Under the pieces are notes generated by a model. The model was not told the DNA's origin. It made no database searches and saw only the letters and a program-made list of their open reading frames with translations. The translations under genes and the position numbers were made by a program. This document shows, in pieces, positions 44,269 to 54,276 of a stretch of DNA of 64,000 bases; position 1 is the stretch's first letter, and every line of letters starts with the position of its first letter. This DNA comes from a virus, in IMG/VR virus record IMGVR_UViG_3300013233_000195, positions 36,624 to 100,623 of that record; one strand, 5' to 3'.

Positions 44269-47200
44269 TTAGCTAGAAGCGGGAATATCTACCTTCTCCA
44301 GAGTGATCGAGCCATCATCCAGCGCATCCTGAATAGCATCTACGGTAACGGTTCCAATAGCCTCCTGAGCAGCCTCAATACTATCTGGACCTATTACAAG
44401 CGTTTCAGCATCAAAGTTCACTGTAGGCTGCACAAAGACATTGATAGGCTGTCCTACTGTAGTCACTCCCAATGTCGTTCTTTCAGCTCCAGAGCCCTTT
44501 GTTCCCCCACTTCCAGTTCCAGTATCTTGATTGTCTTGCTTTGTAATGTCATTCATAGCATTCTCAGCACCCGTACTTGCCATAGCGGCAACAGGAGCCG
44601 CAACTAGAGACACGGCTGCGTAACGAGCAGCAGATGCAGCGTGGGTAGCAGCAGCCCCAAAAGCCTTTGGATCTCCCATAATACCTTTTGCAAGGGCTGC
44701 CAGAGCTTCAGCAGCTTGAACAGCGGCTTGAGTTTCAGCATAATCTCGAATTGAAGCTATTGCTGAAGCAGCCCAACTCTTCCACACAGCCTTCCAAATC
44801 TGGTTTAGTGTAGCACTAGACCTGATCTGGTGCTTTGTCCACTTATTGAAGATTGTGTTCATTGTCTTGAAAGCTGCACCAAATCCATCTGCCATCGCCT
44901 GCTGACCATTTAGATGAAACTCAAAGTAGGCTTGATCATAAGCTGTGCGCTCATCAATAGCTGCTGCATGAATATCTTTAATTTCATCCTCGGAGTCAGA
45001 GATAGCGCTCGTCAAAGTATTTATCCGATCCGTCAACGCCTGTGGTGTGGGAACTCCAAGCCAGTTTAGAGATACTACTTCACGAGAAAGGGAAGTCTTT
45101 TCTACTTCTAGCTTATGCCTGATCTCCTCTTGTGCCTTCACGGCGGCATTTTCAGCGTCTGTAATGGATTGTCTTCCCTCATCACGCTGATGCACACGGT
45201 GAGCACCACGAGCACTGGTGGCGGCCCCCTGACCAGCACTATGAACTTGATCTAGCAATTGCTGACGCTTTTTCTCTGCATTATACTGACGGTCTGCTTC
45301 TCTAATGATTTGGTCTACATGGCTCTTTTGCTCCTTTAGCAACTTCTCATGTGCTTTCCTCTCATCTTCAAGCAGCTTATCGTTGTGTTCCCTCTTTAAC
45401 CTTTCTGTTTCCGCATCATGTTCATTAGTTATGTATGTGATCTTGTCATTTGCATCATTAATGAGCCTCTCTAATTCAGCATACTGCGCCTGATCGACTG
45501 CGTTCATATCATCCTTATGTACTTCCTTTTTCTGCTCTTCCCATTGTGCTATTTGTTCCTGTAGTGGTCTCATCTTACTCTCAAAGGCAAACTTACGAGC
45601 TAGCATGTCTGCTTCAAAATCTTTGCCCTGATTACGAAGATGGAGAACTTGTGCATCTTCGTACATCTTCTCTAACTTAGCTAGCCACTTCTTTACTGCC
45701 TCAGTAATGTCCTGGATCTTCTTAGACCAATCTTCAACCTCTTCTTGATTCTGCTTCTTACCATTTTCAACTCGTTCAATACCAAGAAGGTACATAAGGT
45801 GATTTATCCTCTTAAGTTCTTTATAATTTTCATTTGCTGCCTTTATGTGTCTTGACTTAACTTCTTCATCGCTTATCCTGCGATGGCTAATCGAAATTGC
45901 TGACCGTGCCATAGAACGAAGTGTTGAAGCAGAAATGCCAGCTACAGTATCATTACGAGTTCTCCTTTCGAGTTCCTGTTGCTGTGTAAGTGCGTGTTCT
46001 GCATTATCAGCATTTTCTTGGGCCTGGGTAGCCTCCTCATTAAGCTGTTCCGCAATGGCAGTACGAAGGGCAAGGACTGCATTAAGCTGATCTGCTAAGT
46101 TCTTAGCACTTTCATACTGGTGAACAAGTGCTGGATCTAGCTTTTGAAACTCTAAATCAGTTAATTTACTAAGTGCAGAGTCAAATTGTTCGACTTCTTC
46201 TCGAAGGGCCTTTTCTCGATATGCAGGCAAACCTGTAGCGCTCCCAGTAATTGGGGGCACAGCACTTATTGATCCTGGAGGTATGGTGCCCAATTGAGTA
46301 GGAGGCCCCCCGAATGGCTTGGGAGGTACACCGGACATTGCCCGAGCCTCCCTCTGCTTCTTCATATATTCATCAATAGCATTAGCAGCATCCTCAAGAT
46401 GCTGAACGATGCCCTGGTGCTGTAAATCCTCTAGAAGTTTTGCTAAATTCTCTCTTTCCTCATTAATCCTCTTAGCTCCAATACCAAAGGTCTCATAGAG
46501 AGCCTTGTTCAGTCCGGTAAAATTCTTAAGAATTGGAAGGCCATTTCTAAATGTGTCAATCAAGAAGGAAACTGCAAAGATTACACCCATCAGAGCCATT
46601 GGATTAAACGCAATCTTCTGCACAGCGGCAAAGATCTTAGACTCTGTGATTAGCGTTCGATAGATTTGACGTAACTTAGTCATAGCTCTTGTGCGCAGAG
46701 GTATATAGTTCATTTCCTCTTTTATTAGATTAACACGTTGTTGTGCTAGAGCTACACCCTCCCTAGCAGCACCTACCTTTGCTTGTGCAGCAGCCGAAGG
46801 CCCTGCCGTAGCAGCCATAACCCCTCTTGCCTCAGAAGATATTGGCCCAGCAGCCCCAACAAAGAGGGAGGCTTTAGCTGCACCCCTACGACCCGCCGAT
46901 ATAGTGGCACTACGCTCCGCAAGAGCCAACTGCTCCTCAGCCTTATTTAAGTTTGCAACTCGAAGTTCTAGTTCTTGTTGCATTGCCCTGTTAATGTTGT
47001 CTTCATTGGCTAACTTAGCTGCTGCCATTGTGCCTTCAGTTTCCTGCTTTAGTGCGATCTGCTCCAGCATATCACTGTTCATTGCCAGCTCTTGTTTATT
47101 CTTAGCTACAGCCTGACCCGCATTAGCTATTTGAACTTTATAAGATGCAGCAAGAACCTTCTTCTTCTTGGCAAGTAAAGTTATCTCCCTTTCAGCGGTG

Positions 47201-48741
47201 GCAGCATGTCTCTTGCCCCTTCGAGCAAGATTTCTAGCATTATGAGCCTCCTCAGCAAATGCTAAGTTTGCCACTTCTCTCTCGGCCTTAAGAGCAACAA
47301 TTGCCTCCCCTTGTGCTGAGGCCGATGCACCATCAATCTGTTGCAACTGAGTAGCTGCTGTCATCTGAGCCCTATACATACCCTCAGAAGCAACCTTTCT
47401 TTCCTTAATAAGCGCTATATTCTTTGTCGCTTGAGCTTGCTCCTGCTGTCCCCTAGCAAGTTGCTTCTGAGAAGCAGCCTCCTGTGCAACAATAGTCTCC
47501 TGAGTTGCAACAGCCTCCTTCTGGAGAGTCTCATACAGACCCGTAAGCTCCTTGTTAGACGCTTCCAACCCAATTAATAACTTTTGTCTATTAGCAGTGT
47601 CCACCGCACTGAAATCACTTGCTAACTTAGCTGCAGCAACTTTGGAGATTTTATTTAGAAGGGCAAAGATAATAACTAGATCAAACAAGGAAGAAGGATC
47701 AAAGCCTTTAAAGATTTTACTAAGAGAGTCACCAAGGCCCGCAGCCACAGCTCCAAATTGCTTAAACTTTCCAATAAGAGCATCAATCTGAGTAGACATA
47801 CCCGTAGAGATAGCAGCTTGATTCTCTCTAGCCCAGACACCTAGAGCCTTAGCAGAGTCCCAAATGGATGTGTTCAGAACGGTCATTGCGGGCTGTAGAC
47901 CTTCACCAATAGCAGCTCTGGATTCAAAGATTTGAACCTTCATAGCCTGTAGCTGTCCAGAGAAGTTTCCTGCCATCCTAGCTGCATCTCCATGGTAAAT
48001 TGCTGCTAGTTTAATTAATCCGTTAGCAACTGCAAGATTCTTCTCATATTCAGAGATCTCATTCTTAGTCTTACCAACAGTCTTAAGGTAGTCCTTGAGA
48101 ATAAGATCCAGGTTCTTTGTAATACCTGCATTATCAACCATGATGGACTGGAAGTTCTTGAATCCCTGAGAAGCGCCAACAATAGCCTCTCCCATTGCTA
48201 GCGTTCCTTGGCGGTTGAATGCTGCCGAGTCCTTGAAAGCATTCATTAGCTCAACCGCTTTGTCCAAACCGATGTGAGTGGCTAGAATGTTCTTCAAGCC
48301 CGCTGCGGCTTCTGTAATAGTAATCAGCCCATCTGCTGCAAGAGCCCTTGCCGCCATTTGTGCCTCTTGCATACTTTCTCTCATAGCCACAGCTACAGAA
48401 CTAAGACCCATCATAGCATTCTGCATTTGGACTGCTGCATTGACAAAGTTTTTTGCCATAAGGGCAATGGGTGCGGTCATCGTAGCTATAGTAAATCGGA
48501 GTAGCAGCAAACGGTTACGGATAACTCCAGTATACCTCTGCATACCCTTAGTATTCAGACGCATTCTCTTAGAGAAATCATTTAGCTTTCGCTCAATGCG
48601 CTCAAGTTCTGAAACACTCTTACTAGCATAGCCTGCTGTCGCCCTCTCTGCCTGAGACAGAGAGCGCTGTAAAGGCCTAGCATCGCCCTCAAAGACCATA
48701 GCTGCACGAAGCTGTCCACTTGTTAGTGGCAATTTGTTCAC
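44269..48741 (-). CDS. Tail tape measure protein
   Basis: 1490 aa, Ala-rich coiled coil, DNAGITKNL motif; follows the chaperones. Confidence 0.92.
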   Translation of the reverse strand: MNKLPLTSGQLRAAMVFEGDARPLQRSLSQAERATAGYASKSVSELERIERKLNDFSKRMRLNTKGMQRYTGVIRNRLLLLRFTIATMTAPIALMAKNFVNAAVQMQNAMMGLSSVAVAMRESMQEAQMAARALAADGLITITEAAAGLKNILATHIGLDKAVELMNAFKDSAAFNRQGTLAMGEAIVGASQGFKNFQSIMVDNAGITKNLDLILKDYLKTVGKTKNEISEYEKNLAVANGLIKLAAIYHGDAARMAGNFSGQLQAMKVQIFESRAAIGEGLQPAMTVLNTSIWDSAKALGVWARENQAAISTGMSTQIDALIGKFKQFGAVAAGLGDSLSKIFKGFDPSSLFDLVIIFALLNKISKVAAAKLASDFSAVDTANRQKLLIGLEASNKELTGLYETLQKEAVATQETIVAQEAASQKQLARGQQEQAQATKNIALIKERKVASEGMYRAQMTAATQLQQIDGASASAQGEAIVALKAEREVANLAFAEEAHNARNLARRGKRHAATAEREITLLAKKKKVLAASYKVQIANAGQAVAKNKQELAMNSDMLEQIALKQETEGTMAAAKLANEDNINRAMQQELELRVANLNKAEEQLALAERSATISAGRRGAAKASLFVGAAGPISSEARGVMAATAGPSAAAQAKVGAAREGVALAQQRVNLIKEEMNYIPLRTRAMTKLRQIYRTLITESKIFAAVQKIAFNPMALMGVIFAVSFLIDTFRNGLPILKNFTGLNKALYETFGIGAKRINEERENLAKLLEDLQHQGIVQHLEDAANAIDEYMKKQREARAMSGVPPKPFGGPPTQLGTIPPGSISAVPPITGSATGLPAYREKALREEVEQFDSALSKLTDLEFQKLDPALVHQYESAKNLADQLNAVLALRTAIAEQLNEEATQAQENADNAEHALTQQQELERRTRNDTVAGISASTLRSMARSAISISHRRISDEEVKSRHIKAANENYKELKRINHLMYLLGIERVENGKKQNQEEVEDWSKKIQDITEAVKKWLAKLEKMYEDAQVLHLRNQGKDFEADMLARKFAFESKMRPLQEQIAQWEEQKKEVHKDDMNAVDQAQYAELERLINDANDKITYITNEHDAETERLKREHNDKLLEDERKAHEKLLKEQKSHVDQIIREADRQYNAEKKRQQLLDQVHSAGQGAATSARGAHRVHQRDEGRQSITDAENAAVKAQEEIRHKLEVEKTSLSREVVSLNWLGVPTPQALTDRINTLTSAISDSEDEIKDIHAAAIDERTAYDQAYFEFHLNGQQAMADGFGAAFKTMNTIFNKWTKHQIRSSATLNQIWKAVWKSWAASAIASIRDYAETQAAVQAAEALAALAKGIMGDPKAFGAAATHAASAARYAAVSLVAAPVAAMASTGAENAMNDITKQDNQDTGTGSGGTKGSGAERTTLGVTTVGQPINVFVQPTVNFDAETLVIGPDSIEAAQEAIGTVTVDAIQDALDDGSITLEKVDIPASS

Positions 48742-48751
48742 CTACTTCTGT

Positions 48752-49363
48752 TTACTTCTTGAACTTCTTGCGAGCTTCTTCAAGAGACTGTCTCTCTGCT
48801 CTCGCTCGTTCTCCTCTGATAATGTCAAACATGTCAAGGACATACTGAGGTTGGTCCCAGATGCCGCCGGATTCCGGTAGTGTGTGATATGTACTTGCTG
48901 TTGTTTCCAAGTTCATGTAGTACAGGGAAACTTGATCTATTACTGCCTCTCCACAGAGTTGGGGAAAGTGAGCCTTGTGAACATCGAACAGAGACCAGTC
49001 TGGATAGAAGTTATCTCGCAACTCCGCTAGAACCTCAAGAAACTCCTCCTTCGTGGAGATCTTCTGAACAGTGTATGTCCCCGTAGGTCTATGAGTGTTC
49101 TCATCGTGGTCAGGGACACGAAGTAGAAAGAGATTCTGCTCCCAGTCCATGTCATTGCTGTCTTCATAATCATGCCTATGAAGAAGACACTGACGAGTTT
49201 TCCAGAACTGGTTTCTATTTAGTTCACAGTTGGCACAATTATACTTCTTTCTTCTTTCTACTTTGCCTACCTTCCAATGGTGCCACGCTGCCGAGTATTC
49301 TAGTTGCTGCTTCACTTTTGGAAGACATCGAAGAAATCTCATTGGCAAAGGACAACATAGCAT
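48752..49363 (-). CDS. Tail assembly chaperone, frameshifted C-terminal part (gpT-like)
   Basis: Overlaps the upstream chaperone in the +1 frame; LPxxGGIWDQP motif. Confidence 0.7.
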   Translation of the reverse strand: MLCCPLPMRFLRCLPKVKQQLEYSAAWHHWKVGKVERRKKYNCANCELNRNQFWKTRQCLLHRHDYEDSNDMDWEQNLFLLRVPDHDENTHRPTGTYTVQKISTKEEFLEVLAELRDNFYPDWSLFDVHKAHFPQLCGEAVIDQVSLYYMNLETTASTYHTLPESGGIWDQPQYVLDMFDIIRGERARAERQSLEEARKKFKK

Positions 49364-49721
49364 TGAAGGCTTCCACAGAGAGGTGATCTAGAACATCTAG
49401 CTTACCCTCAACATCATCCTCTTCAATGGTAACTCCCTGCCCACTCTCATAGGCTTCTGGAGTAGGAAACCAATTTTCAATCTTGACAATGATTCGCAAC
49501 CACTCATTATCATCAGCCTTATTCAGCCGACCAGGGATAAACTCTCTCTGACCACCACGGCCCTCCTTAGAGGCATGAGTATAGTCTCTAAGAGTGAGAT
49601 TTGCCTGTCGGGCTGTCTTTGGACGAATGTAGAAGCGTGTTTGCTTGCTCTTGTCCGTAAGCTCTCGATCAGAATCAGAAATCCAAACTCGAATGTCCCT
49701 CTGAGGATCAACACCAATCAT
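49239..49721 (-). CDS. Tail assembly chaperone (gpG-like)
   Basis: Position between tube genes and TMP. Confidence 0.7.
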   Translation of the reverse strand: MIGVDPQRDIRVWISDSDRELTDKSKQTRFYIRPKTARQANLTLRDYTHASKEGRGGQREFIPGRLNKADDNEWLRIIVKIENWFPTPEAYESGQGVTIEEDDVEGKLDVLDHLSVEAFNAMLSFANEISSMSSKSEAATRILGSVAPLEGRQSRKKKEV

Positions 49722-49740
49722 CTAGTTACCCTTCCTTTCT

Positions 49741-51258
49741 TTACCACGACCTATCAAAGCCATCAGAAAGTTCAATTCTGATAGGCTCCTTGGTCGTAAT
49801 TACATAGTCTCCTGAAGTAGAAGTTGGGTTGGAGTCCACAACGATTGTGGTATCCTCACGAACTTCGATAATCCTCCGTTCCTCTCCATTTTCAGCAAAC
49901 TGGATTGTATCCCCGTAATGAGGATAACCAACGTAAGAGCCCCCGCTACCACCAGCATCCATTGTGTCTACCCAGCTAGTACCAGACCCGGTAACAACTG
50001 CGGAAGCAATGCTGGAGATGCTTCCAGTATCGAAACGATACCCCGACACACTGAAAGGCAGTTCCCAACCAACCTCATCATCGCCAAGGTTCAAGTTTGC
50101 ACCCGTATACCTAAGATATGCAGCAATTGAGAACACACCGCTAGACCAATTAGCATTTGCATGATACCAAGGCCAGATCGCATCACCCCACCAGATGTAG
50201 AACGGAGTGATCCTCTGGGAAAGGAATCTGTTCAGTGGAGACATACCACCTACTGTAGCTGTTGCTGTAGTTAGTCTTGGATCAAACGGGATCGTGATTG
50301 ATCCTTCACCCGTGTAGTCTCCTGTCAAGAAACTTCTTACCAGCCCATTGTTGTAAAACTGTGCCTTCAAGTTGTTTGCAATGGTAATTGAAAACGCCTT
50401 GAGATCAATCATGGCACCAATTCCATAGTAGACACCACTAGTTGAGACATCTGCGGAGGAAGTCAGTGTGATAGAAGTATCACCACCACCCACGGAAGCA
50501 ATTTGATACTTTCTAAAAGTTGAGTTAGCTGTGTCATAGAACCACAGGTAGTCTCCTGCTGAGACATTATCCGTCCAGAAAGTGCCTGTTCCAGTAACCG
50601 CCGTTCCACCAGAACTGGTTTCAATTGTGCCCGAGTTGTAGATGTTTCCCAGTACAACGTGAGAATTCTTGAACAACAGAGGAGCTACTGACGATGGAGT
50701 GAAGTCATCACTACCAACGTCATAATCTGTTTCTAGATCATAACCTCGCAGTGTTGCAGTTGCCTTTAAGGCTCCTCCAATCTCTCCACCTAATTCTACA
50801 GATTCAGCAACTCCACCAACCAAGCGATGGCTAGCCGAAGTTCCTGACGGATGAATTTGCTTACAAAAAGAGAGCCATGTTTCTGTGTTCACATCTCCCG
50901 AAGTGGGTGGAACAAACTTCTTTTCAAAGATAGAGGCTGTTGCACCTTCAGTAGTACCGGCTTGAAAGAGTGAATACAAGAGCTCTGCTAGTGTCTCCAC
51001 ATTAGCCTCAAACTCAATAGGCGCACTAGGAGACTTCTGTGCTTGCTGATATTCTCTTCCACTACCTGACCACCGTTCCGCGAGTCCTGTTGCTTTAGCA
51101 GTATCAATAACCTCCTGCCCTGGATCAATTTCTGGAGTCCCTGTTAGGAGGATTCCAGCCTTGCCCGACGCAACTCCATCATTGCTTGACGATGCCGTAG
51201 CCATCGCCGTTTGTGGGGCAAGTCTGTATCTGATAAATGCTACTGTTCTAAGAGACAT
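49741..51258 (-). CDS. Tail tube-like protein, paralogue 3 (with inserted beta domains)
   Basis: Shares DPGQ, LFQxG, FSITIxNN and IELxDGxDR with the other two. Confidence 0.7.
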   Translation of the reverse strand: MSLRTVAFIRYRLAPQTAMATASSSNDGVASGKAGILLTGTPEIDPGQEVIDTAKATGLAERWSGSGREYQQAQKSPSAPIEFEANVETLAELLYSLFQAGTTEGATASIFEKKFVPPTSGDVNTETWLSFCKQIHPSGTSASHRLVGGVAESVELGGEIGGALKATATLRGYDLETDYDVGSDDFTPSSVAPLLFKNSHVVLGNIYNSGTIETSSGGTAVTGTGTFWTDNVSAGDYLWFYDTANSTFRKYQIASVGGGDTSITLTSSADVSTSGVYYGIGAMIDLKAFSITIANNLKAQFYNNGLVRSFLTGDYTGEGSITIPFDPRLTTATATVGGMSPLNRFLSQRITPFYIWWGDAIWPWYHANANWSSGVFSIAAYLRYTGANLNLGDDEVGWELPFSVSGYRFDTGSISSIASAVVTGSGTSWVDTMDAGGSGGSYVGYPHYGDTIQFAENGEERRIIEVREDTTIVVDSNPTSTSGDYVITTKEPIRIELSDGFDRSW

Positions 51259-51276
51259 TCATGTCACCTCCAAAGA

Positions 51277-52863
51277 TTAATTAGGGATTCCTCGATCCAC
51301 GCCGTCTGCAATTCGAATCGTTGCAGATCGTGGACTTCCAAGGTAAATATCATCAACATAGAGTGTTGCCGCAGCCGAGATACTTATTCGGAGAACCAGA
51401 GAGCCTGAGATTGAGGGAGCCTTAGTCCATCCTTGATAGTGTCTCCATTTGCTAGAAGTAGTTCCAGAAATTGTTAGACCAAGCCCAGAAATATAGGCAG
51501 CATCAGCATAACCGTTTATGATGACTGAGCCTGAGTTGGAGTCAACTCGATACCAAAAGCTGCAATAGATTAAAGCATACTGGGGGAAGTCTGTAGCTGA
51601 GTAAGAGCTACCGCTAGTCACAGTACCCACACCAGTAGCAACAACCTTAAGAGATTGAGAGCCCTCATGGACAATTGTGCCCTCCTTACTAGATGTTGCT
51701 AGGCCACCATCAGTCCAGTTACTTACTCCTGATAGTTCGCAGTTTCCATCTGCGATATTGTTAACTTCACCAGCAGTTCCTGTGAATGTGATCTCATTCA
51801 TAATCTCGTTATCACCAGACATTGCAAAGCTGGTAATTCTTCCATGAGCAGATAATAGAACATCTCCAGCAGAAAGGAACTCTGAGCCACCAGAGTCCCC
51901 GCTAGCCCGAGTAAGAGTTAGTGGAGAAGCTGTGCTAACATTTGTAAGAATGAGAAGAACCTCATTTCCTGAAACCATATTATTCAGGAATGTGCTGTTA
52001 GCCATTACAGAGAGATCTTGAGGGAAGGTGCAGGTACACTCTACATCAAACTTCCCAAGTACCCACGATTGGATCGAAGAGTTATTGTACACCCTTCCCA
52101 CTGCATTATTGCTAATCTTAATGGACCAGGACTCCAAGTTTACTTGTGTTTCAGACGAACTCACTGCATCAGCAATCACCGCGACAAGATCACTGGTAAG
52201 AAGTGGTGTCTTATCAGCGTAGGTGACAGCCGTTCCACCCATGTCGAAGGCGTCTGTAGCAGAAGCCCCAGCCAACTCAACAGACAGCTTCACAGCCTTT
52301 CCAGACTCACCACTGATTGTTAAGGATGTCACCACAGCTCCATCCATCTTGTGAGAGTTGGCTGAGTTCGTGGACATGACTCTGCCCAACGTTGCAAAGA
52401 ACTCTGCCTCAGCCCCACTAATGCCAGAGCCACTATCCCACTCCACAGGGGGCTTACAGAACTTTTCAAACGGAGTTGCATCTGCCTCAGACATTCCACT
52501 TTGATAGAGCAAGTGAAGCCAGAAAGGCAAAGTGTAAGCATCGGCGTCCATGCTCAGTGTAATTGTTGGCTTTAGTACAACTTGGGGGCTACTTAGCCAA
52601 CTCGTCGAACCATCTGGAAGAAATTCTCTTCCAGCACCTGTCCACCTTTGAGCAAGACCAGTTACTTTCTGCTCATCAGTAAGTTCAGGAGCAAAGGAGA
52701 GAGCAGGGTCACTTGTCACCATCAGTCCGTAGTCTCTTGCTGTTGCATCATCTTGGGGGTCCATTGAGGAGTCTGTAGGTGTAAAGCTAGTAATTGTCGT
52801 TGTTGCGCCCGTACTCTGTCCAGCGACAATAAGCTGCTCTGCAAACTTAGGTCTAATTGCCAT
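51277..52863 (-). CDS. Tail tube-like protein, paralogue 2 (with CBM-like insert)
   Basis: Shared motifs; C-terminus IADGVDR. Confidence 0.7.
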   Translation of the reverse strand: MAIRPKFAEQLIVAGQSTGATTTITSFTPTDSSMDPQDDATARDYGLMVTSDPALSFAPELTDEQKVTGLAQRWTGAGREFLPDGSTSWLSSPQVVLKPTITLSMDADAYTLPFWLHLLYQSGMSEADATPFEKFCKPPVEWDSGSGISGAEAEFFATLGRVMSTNSANSHKMDGAVVTSLTISGESGKAVKLSVELAGASATDAFDMGGTAVTYADKTPLLTSDLVAVIADAVSSSETQVNLESWSIKISNNAVGRVYNNSSIQSWVLGKFDVECTCTFPQDLSVMANSTFLNNMVSGNEVLLILTNVSTASPLTLTRASGDSGGSEFLSAGDVLLSAHGRITSFAMSGDNEIMNEITFTGTAGEVNNIADGNCELSGVSNWTDGGLATSSKEGTIVHEGSQSLKVVATGVGTVTSGSSYSATDFPQYALIYCSFWYRVDSNSGSVIINGYADAAYISGLGLTISGTTSSKWRHYQGWTKAPSISGSLVLRISISAAATLYVDDIYLGSPRSATIRIADGVDRGIPN

Positions 52864-52877
52864 ACTGAATCACCACC

Positions 52878-53933
52878 TTAAGGAATGTGTCTGTCAATAC
52901 CATCGGCCAATTCGATAGTAATTACATTGTTAGTACCATCGTAGGCACCTATGAAGGAGACCTCAGAAACGGTCTCGGGATCGTTAGTAACGCTTAGATC
53001 GCTGGTGCGAACATTCGCCGTGACCTTTAAATCCCCCGCAGAAGCAACTGGAGAGGTATTGTAGAACACAAAGGTCTTATCTGCACCATTTAGAAAATCA
53101 TCTAGCTGTTGGTTTGCTCCAATTGTTGAAGCATCCCAAAGAACCTTGAAGTTCCCCTCCACTTCAATCATACCTAATACAAAGCGTTGAGGATTCTTGC
53201 TATCATAGTGTCCATAGGTCGCATTATTCTTAACAGTAATACTAAAATCTGAGCACTTGAAAGCTGTTCCACCGAGTTCAAAGGTGAAATCTTGGTGCAT
53301 CAAAGGGACTTGATTTGTATACATATACCGCTGACTACCTGAGTCATGGTTCCAGCTATTGGTGAATACTGTGCCAATCAACTCCGAGGAAGCCTTGACT
53401 GCCTCTCCTTGAGCTGCAGAAAGGGTCATGCTACGACAGATTGCTCCATCAATTCTAAAGTTATCGCTTGAAGTCGAATCCAGAATCATACCTAAACTCA
53501 ACCAGATTTCCTCATAATTTGATAGGCCTTCAAAGTCTTGCGCTGTATAGACGGTGTATGTCTTTACATATGGAGAAGAAGCAGCTTCGGAAGCTCCTAC
53601 TTGAAATAGAGTCCACAGTGGTACAGCAAGATTGAAAGTAGAGGCTTCCCAAGGCCAGGTAGTTACCGGATCTCGTGTCCCAATCTGAAACTCACCGCCA
53701 ACCTCACCAGCAACTCGGAATGGCAATCCTTCAGTCAGTCTTGTATCAACAATGTTTTGCCCAGGATCAAGCACAGGGTAATCTGTTAGGGGGATTGCAT
53801 TCCTTCCCACATCTAAGCCTAGATAGCTACTCTCACTTGTTCCACTAGCCCCCTCAAAGGAAGCCGCCGTTGTTGCTCCTACAGTCTGACCATTGAAAGC
53901 ATAGATAATATGCTCCTTGGTTAGCTGTGTCAT
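52878..53933 (-). CDS. Major tail tube protein
   Basis: Position; core version of the paralogue family, ends IELADGIDR. Confidence 0.75.
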   Translation of the reverse strand: MTQLTKEHIIYAFNGQTVGATTAASFEGASGTSESSYLGLDVGRNAIPLTDYPVLDPGQNIVDTRLTEGLPFRVAGEVGGEFQIGTRDPVTTWPWEASTFNLAVPLWTLFQVGASEAASSPYVKTYTVYTAQDFEGLSNYEEIWLSLGMILDSTSSDNFRIDGAICRSMTLSAAQGEAVKASSELIGTVFTNSWNHDSGSQRYMYTNQVPLMHQDFTFELGGTAFKCSDFSITVKNNATYGHYDSKNPQRFVLGMIEVEGNFKVLWDASTIGANQQLDDFLNGADKTFVFYNTSPVASAGDLKVTANVRTSDLSVTNDPETVSEVSFIGAYDGTNNVITIELADGIDRHIP

Positions 53934-54262
53934 TAGTCCTCACGCTCCTTTACTGCTTCCTTTGTAGTATTAATCATAATCTTACTCTTAGCCTTCTTTG
54001 AGACCCTCTTCTTAGTCGGTATTTTGTGCCTCAAATCGCCGAACTCTTCCAAGGGAGTTGTACCCATCGTATGAGGAACAACATTCTTCTTTGCAAGTTC
54101 AACCTTTTCCAGTTCTAGGACGTTGTACTCATGCAACACCTGTTCTGGAACTTCTACAGCCTTTCCCCTTCGTAATGCTAGATACTTCTCCTTTTCCTCA
54201 AGACACTTGGGGCGTCTTGACCGGGGAAGTCTTGCTCCCTTCTTTAACCGAACCATTACCAT
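53933..54262 (-). CDS. Basic hypothetical protein
   Basis: SD AAGGAGG; coupled to the tube gene. Confidence 0.6.
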   Translation of the reverse strand: MVMVRLKKGARLPRSRRPKCLEEKEKYLALRRGKAVEVPEQVLHEYNVLELEKVELAKKNVVPHTMGTTPLEEFGDLRHKIPTKKRVSKKAKSKIMINTTKEAVKERED

Positions 54263-54276
54263 TTGTGCTCGCCTCC

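Noticed and set aside
49741-53933. Contractile tail sheath
   Set aside because: No sheath or baseplate wedge motifs; the three genes resemble each other as tube-like proteins
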